Source: Erwinia sp. Eh17-17
GTDB lineage: Bacteria > Pseudomonadota > Gammaproteobacteria > Enterobacterales > Enterobacteriaceae
Reading direction: 5' to 3'
DNA length: 64,000 nt
Assembly (NCBI RefSeq): GCF_039675725.1
Contig: NZ_JBDFQT010000004.1
Span: 146,881 to 210,880, forward strand
In this document: positions 31,072-41,922 of the stretch, one piece after another
Position numbering within the stretch: the first letter of the stretch is position 1
How the letters are laid out: every line of letters begins with the position of its first letter
Notes under the pieces: generated by a model
Seen by the model: only the letters and a program-made list of their open reading frames with translations
Told to the model about the DNA's origin: nothing
The model's database searches: none
Position numbers and translations under genes: made by a program

Positions 31072-31089
31072 CTGGCACGCTTCTGGCAA
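31072..31089 (+). promoter_or_regulatory. Sigma-54 (-24/-12) promoter for the SPFH-rtcB-rlaP operon
   Basis: TGGCACGcttcTGGCAA: GG at 31074-75 and GC at 31086-87, 12 bp apart as in the TGGCACG-N4-TTGCW consensus. It is oriented toward rtcB, and the divergent activator is RtcR. Confidence 0.7.
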
Positions 31090-31197
31090 TAGTTACCCCG
31101 TCGATATGCTGAATCATGCCAGGGTTATGAACCCAGCCGGCGCACCGGGAACGGATGACCGTTTTCCCGCAGGCGTTCCGTCAGCACCAGACATTTT

Positions 31198-31243
31198 GCG
31201 AAGGGCACAGGGCCAGAACGGGTTCGACTCCCGGCTTCGCACC
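31198..31243 (+). ncRNA. tRNA-like minihelix (acceptor stem plus T-arm mimic) in the operon leader; candidate structured ncRNA element
   Basis: 5' gcgaag (31198-203) pairs with cttcgc (31235-240) followed by ACC. Between them is a cggg-TTCGACT-cccg T-arm with the canonical GGTTCGAnTCC T-loop. There is no D or anticodon arm. Confidence 0.45.
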
Positions 31244-31433
31244 TCTCTCCCAGGAGCCTTGAATAGCAGTACCCCGGCTGTGCAGTCAGCAGCCCACCCG
31301 GAGCACCGGCTAACGCGTCGGGTCTGGGGCATCATCTCCGCGCCGCCGCCGTACCGGGTGCCGCTCAGATGCTCCCCCAGGCTTCACGCCGCAGCCCGCG
31401 CTCCGCGGTGCCCAAATTAATTAAGGAGATAAG

Positions 31434-32567
31434 ATGTTTAAGAAATTCACCATACGGAAAGGTCAAATCGCGTTGCTGTCAAAGAACGATGAATACCAAC
31501 AAATTTTGCCAGCCGGGGAGTATCGTTTCCGCGACTGGCGCCTTCAGCTCCAGGTCGCGACCTTCGGGCTGAATGAGCCGCTGGATAGTCCCCTGGCCGA
31601 CTACCTGCAACAGTATCACCCGCAGTGGGTAAGCGAGTTCTGTCAGACGGTGGCGGTGCCTGAAACCTGCGTCGGCCTGCACTATAAAAATGACCAGCTG
31701 GTGGAGATCCTGCCGCCGGGTACGCGCCGCCTGTGGTGGCTGAACGGCAGCGCGCAGCGCGTCGACCTGCTGTCCACCGATACGGTAGAGATCCCGGCGA
31801 CCATCGTCGCCAGCCTGATGCAGCCACAGCTGCGCCAGCACGTGGTGGCCGGTAACGCCGGAGTACTGCTGGTGCAGATACCGGCCTGGCATGTGGGCAT
31901 CCTGAAGGTTGACGGCATGCCGCAGGCGCTGCTGCCGCCCGGAGCCAGCGGCTACTGGCGCTTCAACCATCAGGTTGATGTTGAGGTGGTGGACACCCGC
32001 GTGCAGGCGCTGGAAGTGAGCGGCCAGGAGATTCTGACGCGTGATAAAGTCAGCTTACGCATCAATCTGGCGGCCAACTGGCGCTACAGCGATGTGATGA
32101 GCGCCTATGCGCAGCTGACCAAACCGCTGGAATACCTCTACCGTGAGCTGCAGTTTGCGCTGCGGGAAGCGGTCGGGACGCGCAGCCTGGACGAACTGCT
32201 GGAAAATAAGCAGGCGATCGATGAGCTGGTAAGCACGCAGATCCGCCAGAACGTGGCGGCTTACGGGATGGAAGTGGCCTCACTGGGGGTGAAAGACATC
32301 ATCCTGCCGGGAGAGATGAAGACCATCCTTACCCGCCTGGTGGAGGCGGAGAAATCGGCCCAGGCAAACGTGATCCGTCGGCGCGAAGAGACGGCCGCCA
32401 CCCGATCGCTGCTGAATACGGCCAAAGTGATGGAAAACAACCCGGTCGCACTGCGCCTGAAGGAGCTGGAAACGCTGGAAAGAGTGGCAGAGCGCATCGA
32501 TAAAATCTCCGTATTCGGCGGCCTGGACCAGGTGCTGAACGGACTGGTACAGATAAAAGGGAACTGA
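31434..32567 (+). CDS. SPFH/band-7 (slipin-like) domain protein without an obvious N-terminal TM helix
   Basis: 377 aa with an SPFH-like core and a C-terminal coiled-coil (EAEKSAQANVIRRREETAATRSLLNTAKV...). Its stop lies 3 bp before the rtcB start. Confidence 0.7.
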   Translation: MFKKFTIRKGQIALLSKNDEYQQILPAGEYRFRDWRLQLQVATFGLNEPLDSPLADYLQQYHPQWVSEFCQTVAVPETCVGLHYKNDQLVEILPPGTRRLWWLNGSAQRVDLLSTDTVEIPATIVASLMQPQLRQHVVAGNAGVLLVQIPAWHVGILKVDGMPQALLPPGASGYWRFNHQVDVEVVDTRVQALEVSGQEILTRDKVSLRINLAANWRYSDVMSAYAQLTKPLEYLYRELQFALREAVGTRSLDELLENKQAIDELVSTQIRQNVAAYGMEVASLGVKDIILPGEMKTILTRLVEAEKSAQANVIRRREETAATRSLLNTAKVMENNPVALRLKELETLERVAERIDKISVFGGLDQVLNGLVQIKGN

Positions 32568-32569
32568 CA

Positions 32570-33787
<1,218 letters not shown>

Positions 33788-33799
33788 GGAGCAAACCTG

Positions 33800-34591
33800 A
33801 TGAATACAGAAGAAGCCGTCAGCCCGGCGATGCGCGAGCGGGTGCTGGCAGCATTAAAGGCGATTGAAGTCCGCGAAAACGTGCGCGTGCTGTACGCCTG
33901 CGAGTCCGGCAGCCGGGGCTGGGGATTCGCTTCACCCGACAGCGACTACGATGTGCGCTTTATCTACGTGCATCAGCCTGAGTGGTATCTGCGCGTGGAG
34001 CCGCCGCGTGATGTAATCGAACGGCCGATCGACAGCGAGCTGGACGTCTGCGGCTGGGAGCTGCGCAAAACGCTGGGGCTGCTGAAGGCCGCCAACCCGA
34101 CGCTGATGGAGTGGCTGGACTCGCCGGTGGTTTATCGCCAGCACCCGGACGCGGTGCAGGCTTTACGCGGGCTGGTGCCGGATTTCTTCAGCGATCTGCG
34201 GGCGCGCTACCACTATCTGTCGATGGCGAAGAAGAACTTTCGCGGCTATTTACAGGGCGAGTCGGTGCGGCTGAAAAAGTACTTCTACGTGCTGCGCCCG
34301 CTGCTGGCCGTGCAGTGGATCGAAGCCGGGAAAGGCATACCGCCAATGCGTTTTGACCGGCTAATGGCGGGAACGGTAAGCGACCCGCTGCTGCGGGCAG
34401 AGATCGACGCCCTGCTGGAAAATAAACGCCAGGCGGGTGAAGCGGAGTACGGCCCGCGCCGTGAGCGGATCCATGCCTTCATTGGGCAGCAGCTGGCACG
34501 GCAGGAGCGTCCGCCGCTGGATGACACACCGCGCCGCGATGCCAACGCCCTGAACCAGCTGCTGATGCAGACGGTACTTTCCCCGGTATAA
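33800..34591 (+). CDS. Pol-beta-superfamily nucleotidyltransferase of the RtcB-associated (RlaP-like) type
   Basis: The minimal nucleotidyltransferase motif GSRGWGFASPDSDYDV (GS...DxD) near the N-terminus. It is the third gene of the operon. The family assignment is from memory of RtcB-linked nucleotidyltransferases. Confidence 0.65.
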   Translation: MNTEEAVSPAMRERVLAALKAIEVRENVRVLYACESGSRGWGFASPDSDYDVRFIYVHQPEWYLRVEPPRDVIERPIDSELDVCGWELRKTLGLLKAANPTLMEWLDSPVVYRQHPDAVQALRGLVPDFFSDLRARYHYLSMAKKNFRGYLQGESVRLKKYFYVLRPLLAVQWIEAGKGIPPMRFDRLMAGTVSDPLLRAEIDALLENKRQAGEAEYGPRRERIHAFIGQQLARQERPPLDDTPRRDANALNQLLMQTVLSPV

Positions 34592-34595
34592 AAAC

Positions 34596-34619
34596 AGGCA
34601 CAGGGTGCGCTCTGTGCCT
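34596..34619 (+). terminator. Stem-loop after the operon
   Basis: aggcacag ggtgcgct ctgtgcct. There is no strong T-run. Confidence 0.35.
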
Positions 34620-34770
34620 CCCCCTATCACAATCATAGACGCAACCTTTGCGGCTTTTCCCCTTGTGGCGTTACACTCTATGCCAGCTGATTTAACTCAA
34701 TCAGGGTCTGGCCGGACAGGCATCATTGTTGCAGCCTGTCTGGACAGACTCTCACTAAACGGAAGACTCG

Positions 34771-36123
34771 ATGACCCGACATTATGACTACCTTGCCATC
34801 GGCGGCGGCAGCGGCGGTATCGCCTCCATTAACCGTGCGGCTATGTACGGACAGAAATGTGCGCTGATCGAAGCGAAAGAACTCGGCGGCACCTGCGTGA
34901 ACGTCGGTTGCGTACCGAAAAAAGTGATGTGGCACGCCGCCCAGATTGCCGAAGCTATCCATAACTACGGCCCGGACTACGGCTTCGATACCACCGTTAA
35001 CCAGTTCAACTGGGACGTGCTGCTGAAAAATCGCAGTGCCTATATCGACCGTATCCACACCTCGTACGACAACGTACTGGGCAAAAACAACGTGGACGTG
35101 ATCAAGGGCTATGCCCGTTTCGTTGACGCGCACACCGTTGAAGTCAACGGTGAGAAAATTACCGCCGACCATATTCTGATCGCCACTGGCGGCCGTCCAA
35201 GCCAGCCGACCATTCCGGGTGCGGAATACGGCATCAACTCCGACGGCTTCTTTGAACTGCAGGCGCTGCCAAAACGCACGGCAGTGGTCGGTGCAGGCTA
35301 TATCGCGGTGGAAATCGCCGGGGTGCTGAACGCGCTGGGCTCTGAAACCCACCTGTACGTGCGTAAACACGCGCCGCTGCGCAGCTTCGATCCGCTGATC
35401 GTTGATACGCTGGTGGAGGTGATGAACGCCGAAGGCCCGACGCTGCACACCGAATCGATTCCGAAAGCGGTAGTGAAAAATGCCGACGGCAGCCTGACCT
35501 TACAGCTGGAAAATGGCCAGGAGCAGACGGTTGACTGCCTGGTATGGGCGATTGGCCGCGAGCCAATGACCGACAACCTGAACCTGGAGGTCACCGGCGT
35601 TAAGCTGAACGAAAAAGGCTACATCAGCGTTGATAAGTACCAGAACACCAGCGTGAAAGGGATTTACGCCGTGGGGGACAACACCGGCGCGGTCGAACTG
35701 ACCCCGGTTGCCGTCGCCGCTGGCCGTCGCCTGTCCGAGCGCCTGTTTAACAACAAGCCGGACGAGCACCTGGACTACAGCAACGTGCCTACCGTGGTGT
35801 TCAGCCATCCGCCAATCGGCACGGTCGGCCTGAGCGAGCCGGAAGCGCGCGAGAAGTTTGGTGATGACCAGGTGAAGGTGTACAAATCGTCCTTCACCGC
35901 CATGTACACCGCCGTCACGCAGCACCGCCAGCCGTGCCGCATGAAGCTGGTGTGCGTCGGTGCCGATGAGAAGATCGTCGGGATCCACGGCATCGGCTAC
36001 GGCATGGACGAGATGCTGCAGGGCTTCGCCGTGGCGCTGAAAATGGGCGCGACCAAGAAAGACTTCGACAACACCGTCGCGATCCACCCGACCGGTTCGG
36101 AAGAGTTCGTTACCATGCGCTAA
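34771..36123 (+). CDS. gor: Glutathione reductase
   Basis: [64 protein letters not shown]... is E. coli Gor-like. 450 aa. Confidence 0.95.
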   Translation: MTRHYDYLAIGGGSGGIASINRAAMYGQKCALIEAKELGGTCVNVGCVPKKVMWHAAQIAEAIHNYGPDYGFDTTVNQFNWDVLLKNRSAYIDRIHTSYDNVLGKNNVDVIKGYARFVDAHTVEVNGEKITADHILIATGGRPSQPTIPGAEYGINSDGFFELQALPKRTAVVGAGYIAVEIAGVLNALGSETHLYVRKHAPLRSFDPLIVDTLVEVMNAEGPTLHTESIPKAVVKNADGSLTLQLENGQEQTVDCLVWAIGREPMTDNLNLEVTGVKLNEKGYISVDKYQNTSVKGIYAVGDNTGAVELTPVAVAAGRRLSERLFNNKPDEHLDYSNVPTVVFSHPPIGTVGLSEPEAREKFGDDQVKVYKSSFTAMYTAVTQHRQPCRMKLVCVGADEKIVGIHGIGYGMDEMLQGFAVALKMGATKKDFDNTVAIHPTGSEEFVTMR

Positions 36124-36139
36124 CTGCGCCGATGCAGAT

Positions 36140-36169
36140 AAAAAAGCCAGCGAATGCTGGCTTTTTTTA
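36140..36169. terminator. Bidirectional terminator after gor
   Basis: aaaaaa gccagc gaat gctggc ttttttt. Confidence 0.75.
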
Positions 36170-36181
36170 TGCCGTCAGAAA

Positions 36182-37324
36182 CTAGTAATAGTTAATGGTA
36201 AAGGTCGCCGTGGCATTCGCTTTGCCCGGCGTGACCGGGCCGCTGGTTTTGATATAGCGGGCGACCAGCGCAACAGCCCTTGTTCTGATGTCAGCGCTGC
36301 CTAAGAGCGTGTTTTTTGCTATCGCAAAATTAACCAGAGGTGGGGACACCTGCCCCGTGGCTCCATAGGCAAGTTGAATACCCACGCCGGAAGCGGTGCC
36401 GCTTCCCGATTGCAGATTAAAAATACCCTTTACTGAATCTGTTACCGGGGTATTCGGCTGAATCGATACGCTGATTGAATTAGGTGTCATCGCACCGATA
36501 GCGCTATTGCCATTGTCGGAATAATAACTGTTGCGTCCATCGGTCAGTTTGCCGTAAAAGCGCGGGCAGTTGGTCATTATGATTGACGCATCCTTCCAGG
36601 GCGTGCCATCTCCCGCATTTTTAAACTGCCCGATATCGTAGCTGCCCATATTCACCGTGACGTCCGGCGTGGTACAGGTGGCTGAGACGATATTCAGCGA
36701 GCCAACAAAGCTGGTTTCCACGGCTTTAATTGGCGTAATGTTTGAGGCTTCAAAGAAAGAGCCGAGCGTGGGCAACGAAGCCCCGTCTAAAACACCCGGC
36801 TGGATATCCCCGATTTTGATTAAAACCATATCGAAGTCGTAGCCGTTATTAGCCGTAAATGTGTAAGCTGGAGCCGCATTGGTGCCACCCCATGAATTCT
36901 GACTAAAAGGGACTATGGGCACCGATGCATCGGTACCACGGCGAAAGAGTACGCCAATACCCGGCACATTAGTCTCCATAATCTTGCCCGCATACGCGGA
37001 GACACCGCCATCAGAACTCGATACCGGATAAGGACGGTGCGTGAATCGATAGCTCGATGAAGGCTGATAGATCCCGCTATTATTGCTACAGTGAAAACTA
37101 ATCGGGCCAGAAGGCCGATAGTATTGCTCATGGATCACCGTACCGTTTGGCACATCAGGACCAACGGTGATATTGCTTCCCTGAATCGGCATCTGCATGG
37201 TAATCAGTGCGGAGCCCGGGCTAAATTCACAGGTCAACGCGCTGGCTCCCGTCGCGGCCATCAGCAGTGACAGCAGCAGCGTGCTGCGCATCACCCCTTT
37301 TTTAATCAATTGCATATTATTCAT
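36182..37324 (-). CDS. Fimbrial tip adhesin (large two-domain pilin, about 380 aa)
   Basis: Signal peptide MNNMQLIKKGVMRSTLLLSLLMAATGASA and the pilin C-terminus ...ATFTINYY. It is the last gene of a chaperone-usher operon. Confidence 0.65.
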   Translation of the reverse strand: MNNMQLIKKGVMRSTLLLSLLMAATGASALTCEFSPGSALITMQMPIQGSNITVGPDVPNGTVIHEQYYRPSGPISFHCSNNSGIYQPSSSYRFTHRPYPVSSSDGGVSAYAGKIMETNVPGIGVLFRRGTDASVPIVPFSQNSWGGTNAAPAYTFTANNGYDFDMVLIKIGDIQPGVLDGASLPTLGSFFEASNITPIKAVETSFVGSLNIVSATCTTPDVTVNMGSYDIGQFKNAGDGTPWKDASIIMTNCPRFYGKLTDGRNSYYSDNGNSAIGAMTPNSISVSIQPNTPVTDSVKGIFNLQSGSGTASGVGIQLAYGATGQVSPPLVNFAIAKNTLLGSADIRTRAVALVARYIKTSGPVTPGKANATATFTINYY

Positions 37325-37328
37325 AGCC

Positions 37329-39944
37329 TTATCCTGCTGAAGATGGTGTCGGCAGCGACTGCGCGGCCAGCTGCGTATCTGCGGAAGCGGCAGGGAAGGC
37401 ACAGACCCCGTTAAACTGCTGCACTACCGCGTTTTCACTGCCTTTCGCCTGCGGCATCAGGTGGTAGCCGATGCGGCAGCTTTCTGCCACGCCCTCTCCC
37501 CACTTCACCCGCAGCTCGCCCTGCGGTTCGCTGATGCGCGCGTAAATCTGCCCGCCCTGGCCAACCGCGCCGACGCTGTTGCCCGCGCTGTCCAGTACCT
37601 CGGCACCAAACGGTACTGGCTGGCCCTCCAGCGTGGCGCTAATCAGGATCGGGCTGCCGCTGTGCGTCTGGTACTTCAGCTTCACCACCGCCCCGGAATA
37701 AGGGGCGACGCGCTGGGTGGTATTGTCCAGCTCGACATCGGCGGCGGTCCCTTTCGGGTCGATGCTGACCTCGTTCATCTCATACGGATTGAGGTACGGC
37801 ACCACCGCATAGCCGAACGGGTCGATCGTCACGCCCGGATAGTTAGAGACGTGCGCCCCGCTCGCCCCTTTCGCCTCGACCAGCGCGAAGGTATCCGCCA
37901 CGTAAGGCGAGGCGGTGACGCCGCCGCCGTGGGCGACCAGCGTGCCGCTGGCACCAAGCGATTCACTGTGGTAGTTGCGCCCGGTGCTGTAAGCCGCATT
38001 GAGCGAGCTGTAAGGCGCGCGATACTGACCGTTGACCGAGCCGCTGCTGCCGCTGTTGTTATGCAGCCCGGAGATACCGTAGCTGTACTGATTTTCGCTG
38101 CCCGCCGCGCCTGAAATCGTCGCCTGCTGGCCGCTGTTGCCGTTGCTGTCGCGGTTGAAGTCCAGTCTTGCCTGCGGCGTATAGGCGGTATCGGCACGCC
38201 CCAGCGGGAAGCTGAAGGTCAGCTGGTAGTTGTTCTGATTCACGCCGTAGCCGGACTGGGTGCGGCTGGCGTTGATGCCGTACGTCAGGCTGCGGTAGCG
38301 GTTGCTGTAACCAAGCTGATACTGCTTGTCGCTGCCGTTTTTATTCCAGTAGTCCTGTACCGAACTGCTGATATAGAACTGGCCCCATGCGCCCGGCAGC
38401 CCCTGTGAAGCGGTCACCGTCAGGCGGTTCTTCGCCCTGACGATGTTGTTTTGATCCATGCCCTGCTGAAGCGCGTCGCGCGCCTGAGCGTGGGTGATGA
38501 AATCCATATAACCGCTGGTCGAGAAACGATAAGCCGCCAGCGCCAGGTTACTGTTGGTTTCACTGATCAGCTTGCTGTAGCTCAGACGATAGCTCTGCCC
38601 GGAGTAGCTCAGGCCATTGTTATTCAGGTGTGCTCGCGCCTGAGTAACGTCAGCGCTGACCGCACCTGCCGGAGTGCCAATAGCCGCGCCGAACTGCAGG
38701 GCGTAGTAGTTCTGGCTGAGTTGCATACCGGTATAGCCGGTGACGGCGTTGGTCAGCCCGCGCTGATAAGTCCCCTGGTACAGCGCGGGCTTATCGTGCA
38801 GATAGTCGCTGCGCAGATTTCCGGCGGTCAGCGAGTAACGGTCACTGCCGGGGCGCAACAGCGCAGCTACCGAAGCATAAGGCACCAGGAAGCGCTGTTC
38901 AGTACCGTCGGCCTCGCGCACCGTGACCGCCAGGTCGCCGCCGTAGCCGCTCGGATAAAGATCATTGATCAGGAATTCGCCCGGCGGCACGGTGGTTTCA
39001 TAGATCACCTGTTCGCCCTGGCGCACGGTAACGCGGGCGTTAGTGCGGGCAAAACCATGAATATCGGGCGCATAGCCGCGCAGCGACTGTGGCAGCATGC
39101 GCTCGTCGCTGGCAATCTGTACGCCGGTAAACGCCAGCGTATCAAACAGCTGTCCCTGGGTGTTCGACTGCCCGGCGAGGAAGCGACCTTTGATCGCCGG
39201 AATATCGCGCTGCACGTAGCTGTTGATTGCATCGTAGTGCTTGCCGCCGTGATCGGTGGCGTTATAGGAGCCGTTATGGCGGAAGTACCACGCGCCAACG
39301 TTCAGCCCGGCGTTCACTCCGGCATACAGCGACTGATACTGATACCCCCGGGCGCTGCTGCTGTAACCGCTGAGGTTATAGCCCAACATGCCGGCGGTGA
39401 CCCCCTTATCCCACAGGGCCGGATTGACGCTGCCGCGCGCGCGCTGCAGCAGGTAGACCTGCGGAATGCTGAGGTTCAGCTGCTGCTCATTACTGTCGAA
39501 TTCAATGCGCGATTCCGGCAGGCGCGCCTGTAAATCCAGGCACGCGTCCTCGCCCGCCAGTGGCTGAAGGAAATCTTTCGGCAGTTTCGCTTCGTTGAAG
39601 TTGATGCCCTGCAACAGGGTAGGGGTGAGACACGGATAAACCGACTTATCTGCACGGGATGTAAAGGTGACCTCTTCGTTACCGATCGGCTCGCCGTTGA
39701 GGCTCACTGATACGCGGTAAGTCCCCGGTGTGGCTGATGCGCCGTTGGCGAAGCGCGACAGATCAACATCACTTTTGTTTTCCAGGTTAAGAAACGACGG
39801 GTCGAACTCAACGTTAGTGGCAATATTCTGTGGCTCTGTAGCAAAGGCCGGGCAGGAGAGCGCAGCGGCAATCAGCACGCAAAGCGTGGAGAGTGTTCCC
39901 TGGCGTGGGGAAACACCATGTGTCGCAACAGAATTCAGTTTCAT
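37329..39944 (-). CDS. Outer-membrane fimbrial usher
   Basis: About 870 aa (start taken at MKLNSVATHG..., signal ...CPAFATEPQN). Usher motifs NVEFDPSFLNLEN and a C-terminal domain. Confidence 0.85.
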   Translation of the reverse strand: MKLNSVATHGVSPRQGTLSTLCVLIAAALSCPAFATEPQNIATNVEFDPSFLNLENKSDVDLSRFANGASATPGTYRVSVSLNGEPIGNEEVTFTSRADKSVYPCLTPTLLQGINFNEAKLPKDFLQPLAGEDACLDLQARLPESRIEFDSNEQQLNLSIPQVYLLQRARGSVNPALWDKGVTAGMLGYNLSGYSSSARGYQYQSLYAGVNAGLNVGAWYFRHNGSYNATDHGGKHYDAINSYVQRDIPAIKGRFLAGQSNTQGQLFDTLAFTGVQIASDERMLPQSLRGYAPDIHGFARTNARVTVRQGEQVIYETTVPPGEFLINDLYPSGYGGDLAVTVREADGTEQRFLVPYASVAALLRPGSDRYSLTAGNLRSDYLHDKPALYQGTYQRGLTNAVTGYTGMQLSQNYYALQFGAAIGTPAGAVSADVTQARAHLNNNGLSYSGQSYRLSYSKLISETNSNLALAAYRFSTSGYMDFITHAQARDALQQGMDQNNIVRAKNRLTVTASQGLPGAWGQFYISSSVQDYWNKNGSDKQYQLGYSNRYRSLTYGINASRTQSGYGVNQNNYQLTFSFPLGRADTAYTPQARLDFNRDSNGNSGQQATISGAAGSENQYSYGISGLHNNSGSSGSVNGQYRAPYSSLNAAYSTGRNYHSESLGASGTLVAHGGGVTASPYVADTFALVEAKGASGAHVSNYPGVTIDPFGYAVVPYLNPYEMNEVSIDPKGTAADVELDNTTQRVAPYSGAVVKLKYQTHSGSPILISATLEGQPVPFGAEVLDSAGNSVGAVGQGGQIYARISEPQGELRVKWGEGVAESCRIGYHLMPQAKGSENAVVQQFNGVCAFPAASADTQLAAQSLPTPSSAG

Positions 39945-39987
39945 CCTGGCTCCGGCCTTTTGGTCATAGTTTTGGGAGAGAGTGCGG

Positions 39988-40683
39988 CTATTTAACGCTG
40001 GCGCTGCCGTTGACGATCGCGCCGTAGTCATTGACCGAACTGACGGCAAGCTGACTGCCCGCTCTGGCACCCGGCAGGGCAAAAGAGAGTGAGCCGTTCG
40101 GCGGAACCATCTGGCCCTCGACTTTTTTGCCACCCAGCGACAGCTCGACCAGGGAGACGTTATAAGGCGTCGGATTAACCGCGGTGACGCCACCGGGGCT
40201 GGCAGTCCAGGTCAGGGCTTTGACGGCATCGTTGGCGTTGCCCGTCAGTCCGGCCGGACGGAAAAAGAGCTTGATACGCGAACGAAAAGCCATCTGCAGC
40301 AGATTGTCAGACTGCAACGTTTTATCTTTGGCCGGAATTTCCAGAACATTAAGGAAGAACACCGACTCTTTATTCGACGGCAGCGGCGCACCGGTATAGC
40401 TCAGGCGCAGGGTCTGACCCTTTTTCGCTTCGATACGGTTAATCGGCGGCGTTAATATAAACGGCACCTGAATTTTTTCCGGTTTCGCCTCAGCGTCGCC
40501 ATTATCTATCCAGCTCTGAACCAACACCGGAGACTTTCCGACATTATCTAATTTTATCGTCACCTCTTTCTGCCCGGCGGGGTATATCACGCGTGTCCCA
40601 CTGATAATGACACCGGCAAAGGATGGCAGACTGAAAAAGGCAGTGAACAGGGAGAGAAGGAAATAAATAAATAAGCGAGGCAT
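39988..40683 (-). CDS. Periplasmic fimbrial chaperone
   Basis: MPRLFIYFLLSLFTAFFSLPSFAGVIISGTRVIYPAGQKEVTIKLDN... matches the PapD-like fold motifs. Confidence 0.85.
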   Translation of the reverse strand: MPRLFIYFLLSLFTAFFSLPSFAGVIISGTRVIYPAGQKEVTIKLDNVGKSPVLVQSWIDNGDAEAKPEKIQVPFILTPPINRIEAKKGQTLRLSYTGAPLPSNKESVFFLNVLEIPAKDKTLQSDNLLQMAFRSRIKLFFRPAGLTGNANDAVKALTWTASPGGVTAVNPTPYNVSLVELSLGGKKVEGQMVPPNGSLSFALPGARAGSQLAVSSVNDYGAIVNGSASVK

Positions 40684-40746
40684 AGCTGTTTCTCAGTAAG
40701 ATAAATAAGGGCAGCTATGACTGCCCTTTTATGATCTGCCAGCAGA

Positions 40747-41283
40747 TTATTTATACTGCAGGCTGTAAACTACACTGCTGACAACGGTACCGGCAGTGGT
40801 TGCCGCCGTTGCAAAGTAGCGTACGTCGTAAGGCAGCGTTGCAGAACCAGTCGAGGTGTCCACATAGGTTGTGTTAGTGATCTGGTCGCCGCTGCCAACG
40901 TTAATCACGCCGCGCGTACCGGATCCATCCAGCAGCTGCAGGTCAACGTTGGTGGCCGTACCGGAGTTGATCAGACGGCCCTGTGCATTCACCGTCGCGC
41001 CATCTTCAAAGAACGCAGAGGCGGTCTGCAGCGTACCGGCACAGTTGGTCAGCGCCATGTTGAAGCGGGTGTTGCCCGCAGTTTTGCTGGCAACATCCAG
41101 CACGTTAGTTCCCAGCGTTGGCAGTACAACCGTCGCGTCCGGACCCTGGCCTTCTACGCTGACGTCACAGGTAGTGGCGGTCAGTTCACCGTTGAAAGTA
41201 ATCGTACCGGTGGACGCAGCCTGTGCCATATTTGCCATACCAAATGCAGTAATAACAGATACCGCCAAAATAACTTTTTTCAT
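40747..41283 (-). CDS. Major fimbrial subunit
   Basis: MKKVILAVSVITAFGMANMAQA signal peptide, pilin Cys pair and the ...YSLQYK terminus. AGGA sits 10 nt upstream of the second ATG. Confidence 0.8.
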   Translation of the reverse strand: MKKVILAVSVITAFGMANMAQAASTGTITFNGELTATTCDVSVEGQGPDATVVLPTLGTNVLDVASKTAGNTRFNMALTNCAGTLQTASAFFEDGATVNAQGRLINSGTATNVDLQLLDGSGTRGVINVGSGDQITNTTYVDTSTGSATLPYDVRYFATAATTAGTVVSSVVYSLQYK

Positions 41284-41922
41284 TACTCTCATTCCTTTTT
41301 ACAACAGGTTAATATGCAGGATTCATTTCCTGTAAATTGATCATTAACGCGTATTCATTCACTAAAGAGAGGTGGATTACCGAAATAATATCCGTGAAAA
41401 AATAACCTCATCCCTGAGGAAAATATGACTACAAAAAAATAATAAAATGCCACTGCACAAATACACTCTCAGGTAATAACAGACTCAACCATCTCATCCC
41501 TGATCCGCTTCTTATTTCCTTTACCGAAGCATTCCTTAATAACTGACGCCATCCCTGACTAAATCCATTCATTGCGTCTGAGCTGCATATTACTCACATC
41601 CTGCCATACCACAATAGGGGTATACCGGCGTAAAAAAAGCACGAAACATGCCTGTTAAATACATTAATTAATAAGTAGTTAAGGCTTTTATTAGCAATAT
41701 CAGGAAGTAATAAGAAAACCACCAACTTAGAGACCGGTACTAAAAAGCCTGTTGCTGATAGTATTTGACGAAAAGGATGAGTCCAGAAGATGAAAAGGAC
41801 TACAGGTATTGCTGAATATTCTTTCCCTTTTCAGGGGCGTTTTTTATCAGGCAGAGAGAGCCACGCGTTTCACGAGGGCAGACAGCCCCCGTTGTTACGT
41901 AGCAAATAGCCGGATGAAGAGG

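Noticed and set aside
30833-31420. 195-aa plus-strand ORF across the rtcR-SPFH intergenic region
   Set aside because: It starts inside rtcR (antisense) and runs through the promoter and leader. It has no RBS and a Pro/Arg/Ala-rich composition. The region is better explained as a structured leader RNA.
34723-36087. 241-aa and 195-aa minus-strand ORFs
   Set aside because: Antisense to gor.
38451-39533. 360-aa plus-strand ORF
   Set aside because: Antisense to the fimbrial usher gene.
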